IMG/VR virus record: IMGVR_UViG_3300031951_000099
Strand: one strand, 5' to 3'
Origin: an uncultured virus (IMG/VR IMGVR_UViG_3300031951_000099)
Taxonomy: Duplodnaviria; Heunggongvirae; Uroviricota; Caudoviricetes
DNA: 64,000 bases
Shown one piece after another: positions 57,570 through 64,000 of the stretch; within the stretch, counting starts at the first letter, position 1, and each line of letters starts with the position of its first letter. Made by a program: the position numbers and the translations under genes. Below the pieces are notes generated by a model. It was not told the origin of the DNA, did no database searches, and saw only the letters and a list, made by a program, of their open reading frames with translations.

Positions 57570-58489
57570 ACAAAATATTGGTAACTGGGGGGTCGGGTTT
57601 AGTGGGTAGAAACTTACAGAAATATTTACCCTCTGCCAACTACATATCGTCTACTCAATTTAATTTAACAAATAAAACTGATGTAGAAAGTATGTTTTCT
57701 ATATACAATCCAACACATGTTATTCACTTAGCGTCCAAGGTTGGTGGGGTAATGGCTAATAGTAGAGATCCCGTAGGATTTTACGAACAAAACGTCATAA
57801 TGAATACGTATGTATTGCAATATGCTCATCAATACAATGTGAACCGATTACTAGGGATGATGTCAACTTGCATATTTCCCGATAAAACAACGTATCCATT
57901 ACAGCCACATAAAATCCACGATGGAGAACCTCATGATTCAAATTTTGGATATGCTTATGCAAAAAGAATGTTAGAAGTTCAAACTCGGGCATATCAAACA
58001 CAATATAATAAAAAATGGACAACCATAATACCTACAAATGTATATGGTAAATATGATCAATTTAATTTAGAATCTGCTCACGTAATTCCTGCATTAATTC
58101 ATAAATGTTATTTGGCAAAAATAAATAATACTCCATTAAATGTGATGGGAAATGGAAAAGTGTATCGTGAATTTATTTATGCCGAAGATTTAGCAAAAGT
58201 TATTGCATGGGCAATATTTAATTATGAAGATGTAGAACCATTGGTAGTATCATCACCGACTCAGTACGAAATACGTGATGTGGTACATCTAATTGCAAAG
58301 GAAATGAATTTCACGGGAAAGATTGTGTTTGAAGATAGTACACAACATAACGGACAAGAAAGAAAACCAAGTGATACGAGTAAACTCCAACTAGTATATC
58401 CTATAAAATACACAGAGTTACCAATCGGATTATCTCAAACAATTTCTTGGTTTACTCAACATTATGAAACGGGAACCATTAGGTTATGA
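57566..58489 (+). CDS. fcl: GDP-L-fucose synthase (extended SDR)
   Basis: VTGGSGLVG, HLASKVGGVMAN, STCIFP, YAYAK, PTNVYG..D.F....HVIPALIHK, REFIYAEDLA. Confidence 0.9.
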   Translation: MNKILVTGGSGLVGRNLQKYLPSANYISSTQFNLTNKTDVESMFSIYNPTHVIHLASKVGGVMANSRDPVGFYEQNVIMNTYVLQYAHQYNVNRLLGMMSTCIFPDKTTYPLQPHKIHDGEPHDSNFGYAYAKRMLEVQTRAYQTQYNKKWTTIIPTNVYGKYDQFNLESAHVIPALIHKCYLAKINNTPLNVMGNGKVYREFIYAEDLAKVIAWAIFNYEDVEPLVVSSPTQYEIRDVVHLIAKEMNFTGKIVFEDSTQHNGQERKPSDTSKLQLVYPIKYTELPIGLSQTISWFTQHYETGTIRL

Positions 58490-59184
58490 TACATTTCTGC
58501 ATGGCTTTTTGGACAGATGGCCAAGAAAATAGTAGCAGAGAACGAAATGTACACTTAACGTGGCCATATTTAAAGGATATGGTACGATATCTAAACAGTA
58601 AGTCGGTACCCGCTACTGCCAATATATTTGACTATTCACCAGAAAAAATAATTGACGACGCAACACATATTCCATACCCAATTGGAACATATAAACGATC
58701 AGAAAAACTTAACGGAATAATAAATACATTTCCAGAGGAAGATAACATTTGTTTGATGGACTGCGATGTATTTATACATCGGACACAATGGGATGCGTTA
58801 GCCACTCTCGCATCAAACGTAACATATGAAATTGGGTTTTTCTTTAATTTTGCAAAACTTGACGATGGAAATATACCATTAGATCAAGTTGATCCGCACG
58901 GAACACATCCATTAGTATTTACAAAAGGATGTGTTGGTGGATTCGGTGGATTTCATTTAACATCAATCAAATCTATAAAAGACATTGGATTTTTTGATGA
59001 AAAATTTACTACGTGGGGAGGGGAAGATGGACATTTGATGGATAGATGGAATTATAAATTCATACGAACCGGGGTCAGTGAGGATCGTGTGTTGCCATTA
59101 CATCTACCGCATTTTCAAGACAGAGAAAACATTTTATATTTTAATAGAGAAGAATATGTCAGAAACAACAATCTTGCCGTATAG
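58486..59184 (+). CDS. GT-A glycosyltransferase (GT2/GT7-C-like)
   Basis: DCD motif; IGFFDEKFTTWGGED. Confidence 0.75.
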   Translation: MIHFCMAFWTDGQENSSRERNVHLTWPYLKDMVRYLNSKSVPATANIFDYSPEKIIDDATHIPYPIGTYKRSEKLNGIINTFPEEDNICLMDCDVFIHRTQWDALATLASNVTYEIGFFFNFAKLDDGNIPLDQVDPHGTHPLVFTKGCVGGFGGFHLTSIKSIKDIGFFDEKFTTWGGEDGHLMDRWNYKFIRTGVSEDRVLPLHLPHFQDRENILYFNREEYVRNNNLAV

Positions 59185-59929
59185 TATTGGTATTACAACG
59201 TTTTCTAAACGATTTGATATGTTTAAGAAAACATTATTAGCTATTCGTGAATATAGGAAAAATATACCTATACTAGTAGCAATAAATGGACTAAATAATA
59301 CGGAATTTGATGAAACGTATCGTACATCGGTATTGGAATTGATTGGAACTACAAATAATGTATATCCTATATTTTTCCCATCATTTCGTGGATACGCTAA
59401 ATTAGTCAATACGTTGGTAATTCATTCACCCACTAATTTATTATTATGTTTAAACGATGATGTTGATATTTTAAATGAAAGTTTTTTTGATACGTTTGAG
59501 TCTATAAATTCGTCCATCACACGAATGTGTAAATTCAATGGTTCATTTAGTCATGCATGTTATACAAAGGACGGAATGATTGATATAGGATGGTTGGATG
59601 AACGATTGCTGGGTATTGGAGAAGAAGACGGGGACATAACGTATAGGTACATCGACAAATATAATGAAGCATTCCCAGAGTATTATTTACCAGGAATTCA
59701 TAATATTGTATCCGACGTTCGTGATGATAATATAACACCTGGCGTTGGAAAATATTCAAGATTTAATAGAGAATTTATTGGATTTTGGAATCATGGAACT
59801 GGAAAATATATACAAACTGAATCTTCTACTATTGTTGGTATGTTTGGACAACCTTATACCAAAGTAATGGAAGATTTGCCGCAGTATCCGTACGAACATT
59901 TTTATTTAATAAACAGAGATAAATTATGA
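59156..59929 (+). CDS. GT2-like glycosyltransferase
   Basis: SIGITTF..R, LNDD, IGWLDERLLGIGEEDGD. Start reassigned to ATG 59156. Confidence 0.75.
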   Translation: MSETTILPYSIGITTFSKRFDMFKKTLLAIREYRKNIPILVAINGLNNTEFDETYRTSVLELIGTTNNVYPIFFPSFRGYAKLVNTLVIHSPTNLLLCLNDDVDILNESFFDTFESINSSITRMCKFNGSFSHACYTKDGMIDIGWLDERLLGIGEEDGDITYRYIDKYNEAFPEYYLPGIHNIVSDVRDDNITPGVGKYSRFNREFIGFWNHGTGKYIQTESSTIVGMFGQPYTKVMEDLPQYPYEHFYLINRDKL

Positions 59930-60849
59930 AAACTAAAATTAGAATTTTTTGCTGGTGGACACACGATCAACCTTCTGTTAGTATTATTGGACGAGTATTA
60001 GCACAATTAAAATTAAATGAGTACCATTTTGAAAATTTTGAATTTGTTACCGACGATTCTTATGAATGGGCAATAGTATTCGGTAGGTTGGGTGACAACG
60101 TACTTAAAACCGATAAACAACACACCATATTTTTTGGAATGGAACCGTCGTGGTCACATAATATAGATCGCAATGCGGTTGATTATTCTGATTGGGTATT
60201 CGTTCAAAACCGTAATATTTTTGATCATGATAATGAGAAAGTAATTGAAGGTCCAAATTATATGCTGTATGGTGGCGGTGGTGATTCTGAGTGGGGACTT
60301 GAACACATAAATCAGTGGGACTTGTCCAAAACAGAAAATATTAGTATGGTGGTATCAAACTCCCCGGATAATATGTGGTGGGTTCCTTCTGACGCACCTC
60401 ACATTTATCGTAAACGTATGAACGTGGCAAATCTAATTATAGACAATGATTTACCGGTTGATGTATACGGTAAACAATGGACCGCCACCGGTAGATGTAA
60501 AGGGGAAGCATGGAATAAATACATTGCACTTAAATCATATCGGTTTTCTATAGGAATAGAAAATACAGCGGAACCATTTTATACCACAGAAAAATTTACA
60601 GATAATTTGTTAACTAACACAATTCCGATCTATTATGGAAGTACGAATATTGCGGAATATTATGATTCCCGAGGATATATACAGATGCCAGACTTGGATG
60701 ACTTGGATGCCGTGCGTTCTCTTATATTAGACATAAATAACAACGCAGAAAAATTGTATGACGAAATGTTCCCGTACATGCTAGAAAATAAAAATATATT
60801 TTTGGAAAAATACAACATACTAAATAAAATTCAAGAAGTTATAAAATAA
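59926..60849 (+). CDS. GT10-like fucosyltransferase
   Basis: YRFSIGIENT..PFYTTEKF.D......IPIYYG, the alpha-1,3-fucosyltransferase motif. Confidence 0.8.
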   Translation: MKTKIRIFCWWTHDQPSVSIIGRVLAQLKLNEYHFENFEFVTDDSYEWAIVFGRLGDNVLKTDKQHTIFFGMEPSWSHNIDRNAVDYSDWVFVQNRNIFDHDNEKVIEGPNYMLYGGGGDSEWGLEHINQWDLSKTENISMVVSNSPDNMWWVPSDAPHIYRKRMNVANLIIDNDLPVDVYGKQWTATGRCKGEAWNKYIALKSYRFSIGIENTAEPFYTTEKFTDNLLTNTIPIYYGSTNIAEYYDSRGYIQMPDLDDLDAVRSLILDINNNAEKLYDEMFPYMLENKNIFLEKYNILNKIQEVIK

Positions 60850-60879
60850 GTTATCTTACAAACACACCACGGGATTCAG

Positions 60880-63471
60880 ATGAATAATACAACAATAGTT
60901 ACTGCAGTATATTACTCAAATCCTTTATCTATAATGGGCGGTAGAGGATGGAATTTTTCTTATTATAAACCAACATTATATGCAATTTCACGATTGGGTA
61001 CGCAAAAAGTTGTGGTTTATCACGATAAATTTCAAGAACCGGAATTAACAAAATTCGTTCAAGAATATAACTTAATAAATTTTGAATTACGACACGTGGA
61101 ATTAGAAGATCTTCCAAACTATCAAAAAGTTTATTCTTTAAAAGAACGATATGTTAATTTATTCAATAATGACGCATCAGAATTATATAAACATAATAAT
61201 AGGTTACATATTCTGTGCTTGTCAAAGTTATGGTTTTTACTGGATACTATTAAACATCGTCAAATAGAAGAAACTCCTGTAGTATGGATTGATGCGGGAC
61301 TGTTTCACCATGCGTTGTTTCCAGAAACATTGGGTGGTGTTGAATTGGCAAGATTTGATTTGGAAAACTATTATCCAAATAAAAGTACAGCAAAATTTAA
61401 TGAAGACTTGGGTGATAAGTTATACGACTTACTTGTCAGTGAATCAAAAATATTTGGATATGCAACTCAAGTGATACGACTTCCTGTTGAGTGGACTAAA
61501 GAAGTAGCTCCAACCGAATTAACTGCAAGTTTAATTGGTGGTTTTTTTGGAGGAGTACCGAGTGTAATTCATACGTTTGCAGAAAAATTTTATGCACTCG
61601 TGGATACTATATTGAATGCTGATGTTGTTCCGTTGGAAGAAGGAATTATGTCCGTGGTACATACAACTCATCCTGAACTATTTTATTTAAATACGTTTGA
61701 TACTTGGTATCACGATGTTCCAACGGATCCATGTTATTTTCTACACTCAGATAATTCAGCACGGTCTTTTTATAAATCATTTTTTAATTTAATAGAAGAA
61801 AAAGAGTCAAGATTAACTAACGTGGAAAAATATTTGGTGCCTGTGTATAAGTCACCTGCACCATTTGTATATGAGAAATTTGATTTACCAAATATAGCAG
61901 TATATGGCTCCCATAACGCATCAGTTGCAGTTGAATATGGTGGAAAAATTTTGGAAGTGTTGGAAATTGAAAGATTCTTGAATGTAAAGAACGCAGGTTA
62001 TACGCAATATTACGTGGCACATTCAAGAAAAAACTTATCAAAACTGATAGTAGACTATTTTCAGAATAAATATGGTTTCACCGAATACGGTTATTGTTTA
62101 CATCAACACTGTGAAACAATTGAACACCACGGCAGTGTTAACTATTGGGAAGGATTTCCTGCAAAAATTCACGTTGAGTGTAAGCACCACGAATCACATG
62201 CGGCAGGTACATTTTATCAATCACCATTTCAAAAAGCATTGGTAATCTCGTTTGATGGTGGCGGTAATGATGGATTTTTTAAAATTTATCTAGCAGAACG
62301 AGGAAAACCACTTACTGTTTTACGAGAACATAGACTGGATTTGGGATTTCCATATATGATATTTGGTGAATATCTTGGCGACATTAAAAAAGAAAATGCA
62401 CTAAGTTTGGGTAATTTGGTATATGCTGGAAAAATTCTAGGACTACAATCATATGGTAATGTAAGAACAGATTGGGTAAATGCATTTAAAAAATTATATA
62501 CTTCTAATATTTCTGGCGGGAATTACGAAGAGCATTTTAAAATTTTATCTGAAGAAATTTCTATACCATTTGATATACAGAATAGATTGATTGATCAAGT
62601 TGCATATGATGTAGCTGCTACATCACAGCACGTATTTGAAGAATTATTTTTTGAGTACGTGGACGAGGAAATACAATCTCACACAGAACTTCCTATTTGT
62701 ATAACGGGTGGGTGTGGATTGAATATTGTATTAAATACAAAAATAAACCAAAAATATAATAGACCCGTGTTTGTTGGACCAAATCCAAATGATTGTGGGT
62801 TAGCGGTGGGTATGCTGGCAAATATGATCATGCCACCGGATTCAATTGACGTAACATACGCAGGACCAGAATTACTTGACAAACATCGGTTATCTGAATA
62901 TGTTGAACGTTATCTTGGAGAATCAATTGAGTTAGATAAATTAGCTACGTTACTTATGCAGGGTCAAATACTTGGATTTATTACCGGACGGTCGGAGCAC
63001 GGTCCTCGTGCGTTAGGTAATCGTAGTATTTTATGTAGTCCGTTACTGTCCGATATGAAAGACACATTGAATTTAAAAGTAAAACACCGAGAATGGTACA
63101 GACCATTTGCTCCTGTAGTTCGTTTAGAAGATGTGTCAGAATATTTTGAATGGGAGGGTGAATCCAGGTGGATGAGTTTTTGTCCTAAAGTAAAAGAAAA
63201 ATATAAAAATATCATACCTGCAATTGTTCATGTAGATGGAACTGCGCGGGTACAAACAGTTACACGAGAACAGAATCAGAAATTATATGATTTAATTACC
63301 GAGTTTAAAAAACTAACTGGCATTGGTGTGTTACTGAATACGTCGTTTAACGTAGACGGTAAACCCATTTTATCAACGTTAGGTGACGCATTTAAAGTAT
63401 TTGAATCCACCGAACTGAGTGGGGTTTATGTGGAAGATTTCTATTTTCATAGAAAAATGGGAGGTTTGTAG
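60880..63471 (+). CDS. Fusion of an HtrL/YibB-like glycosyltransferase domain and a NodU/CmcH carbamoyltransferase
   Basis: N-terminal part: TIVTA, SKLWFL, WIDAG, GGFFGG, EEGIM. C-terminal part: HHESHAA, FDGGG, GGCGLN, GRSEHGPRALGNRSIL, REWYRPFAP, HVDGTARVQTV, LNTSFN. Confidence 0.85.
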   Translation: MNNTTIVTAVYYSNPLSIMGGRGWNFSYYKPTLYAISRLGTQKVVVYHDKFQEPELTKFVQEYNLINFELRHVELEDLPNYQKVYSLKERYVNLFNNDASELYKHNNRLHILCLSKLWFLLDTIKHRQIEETPVVWIDAGLFHHALFPETLGGVELARFDLENYYPNKSTAKFNEDLGDKLYDLLVSESKIFGYATQVIRLPVEWTKEVAPTELTASLIGGFFGGVPSVIHTFAEKFYALVDTILNADVVPLEEGIMSVVHTTHPELFYLNTFDTWYHDVPTDPCYFLHSDNSARSFYKSFFNLIEEKESRLTNVEKYLVPVYKSPAPFVYEKFDLPNIAVYGSHNASVAVEYGGKILEVLEIERFLNVKNAGYTQYYVAHSRKNLSKLIVDYFQNKYGFTEYGYCLHQHCETIEHHGSVNYWEGFPAKIHVECKHHESHAAGTFYQSPFQKALVISFDGGGNDGFFKIYLAERGKPLTVLREHRLDLGFPYMIFGEYLGDIKKENALSLGNLVYAGKILGLQSYGNVRTDWVNAFKKLYTSNISGGNYEEHFKILSEEISIPFDIQNRLIDQVAYDVAATSQHVFEELFFEYVDEEIQSHTELPICITGGCGLNIVLNTKINQKYNRPVFVGPNPNDCGLAVGMLANMIMPPDSIDVTYAGPELLDKHRLSEYVERYLGESIELDKLATLLMQGQILGFITGRSEHGPRALGNRSILCSPLLSDMKDTLNLKVKHREWYRPFAPVVRLEDVSEYFEWEGESRWMSFCPKVKEKYKNIIPAIVHVDGTARVQTVTREQNQKLYDLITEFKKLTGIGVLLNTSFNVDGKPILSTLGDAFKVFESTELSGVYVEDFYFHRKMGGL

Positions 63472-63521
63472 TACCAGGAGTAATATTTAAATCATACGTT
63501 TATTACAGGACAAAATAGTTT

Positions 63522-64000
63522 ATGCCATTTAGTACTACAATTTTTAAACAACAAATTTTAGAGTTCATAACAAAATCGGCCAACAATACAGATGTTAAAA
63601 TATTAGACATTGGTGCGGGATGTGGTACCTATGCAGATTTACTATCCCCGCAGTTTACTAATATTGATGCAATGGAAGTATTTTTTCCCTACGTAGAGCA
63701 GTATAATTTACGGGAAAAATATAAAAATGTGTTTATAGAAAACGTAATGCACACCTCGGTAGATTTTTCCCAGTATGACTTTATTATTCTGGGAGATATA
63801 CTGGAGCATCTGAATTTAAACGATTCACGAAGTCTTATACAAAAACTTCTAAATACTTCGGCTGAATTGATTATTACAGTCCCATTTAACGCACCGCAGG
63901 GTACAGTAAATGAAAACGTGCATGAAATTCATTTGCAACCAAAACTTACATTAACTTCCTTCTTAAGAACACATAAAAAACTTATTCCATTGTGCGTTAG
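63522..64000 (+). CDS. Class I SAM-dependent methyltransferase (3'-partial, not in ORF track)
   Basis: MPFSTTIFKQQ...KILDIGAGCGTY...IDAMEVF...YDFIILGDILEH; the frame is open to the window end. Confidence 0.85.
   Translation, partial: MPFSTTIFKQQILEFITKSANNTDVKILDIGAGCGTYADLLSPQFTNIDAMEVFFPYVEQYNLREKYKNVFIENVMHTSVDFSQYDFIILGDILEHLNLNDSRSLIQKLLNTSAELIITVPFNAPQGTVNENVHEIHLQPKLTLTSFLRTHKKLIPLCV

Noticed and set aside
1..64000. Stop-codon reassignment (TAG or TGA), as seen in some large phages
   Set aside because: Core genes are full length under code 11. TAG and TGA end genes at sensible boundaries (e.g. 41577, 63471, 8162). The truncated GT at 9044 is also blocked by TAA.
1..64000. tRNA, rRNA or other structured RNA genes
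   Set aside because: Intergenic gaps are short and explained by promoters and terminators. I saw no cloverleaf by eye; tRNAscan-SE or Infernal would be needed to exclude them.

Overview
This is a 64 kb segment of a large T4-like (myovirus) phage genome, apparently read with standard code 11. All credible genes lie on the + strand. In order it holds: a 5'-truncated giant tail fibre with an S74 chaperone, followed by a putative tip adhesin; a 1311-aa multi-domain protein; the terminase large subunit; about 13 small genes, many sharing an N-terminal leader and including a three-gene tandem duplication (likely capsid cargo); portal; prohead protease; a phage ribosomal protein bS21; scaffold; major capsid protein; neck proteins; tail sheath and tube; about 18 kb of Ser/Thr-rich fibre or appendage genes; and, behind a canonical sigma70 promoter, a glycan-building cluster. 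That cluster has two GT60-like GlcNAc transferases, GDP-fucose synthase, two GT-A enzymes, a GT10 enzyme, an HtrL-like/carbamoyltransferase fusion and a methyltransferase. The most notable observations are: (1) a probable phage protein O-glycosylation pathway next to mucin-like fibres; (2) a domain shared by the major capsid protein and the tail sheath; (3) a leader-tagged, probably protease-processed cargo system; (4) a TATTTATA late-promoter motif at near-fixed spacing from start codons; (5) bS21 in a phage with SD-led genes. All family calls come from motifs read by eye; no database searches were run.
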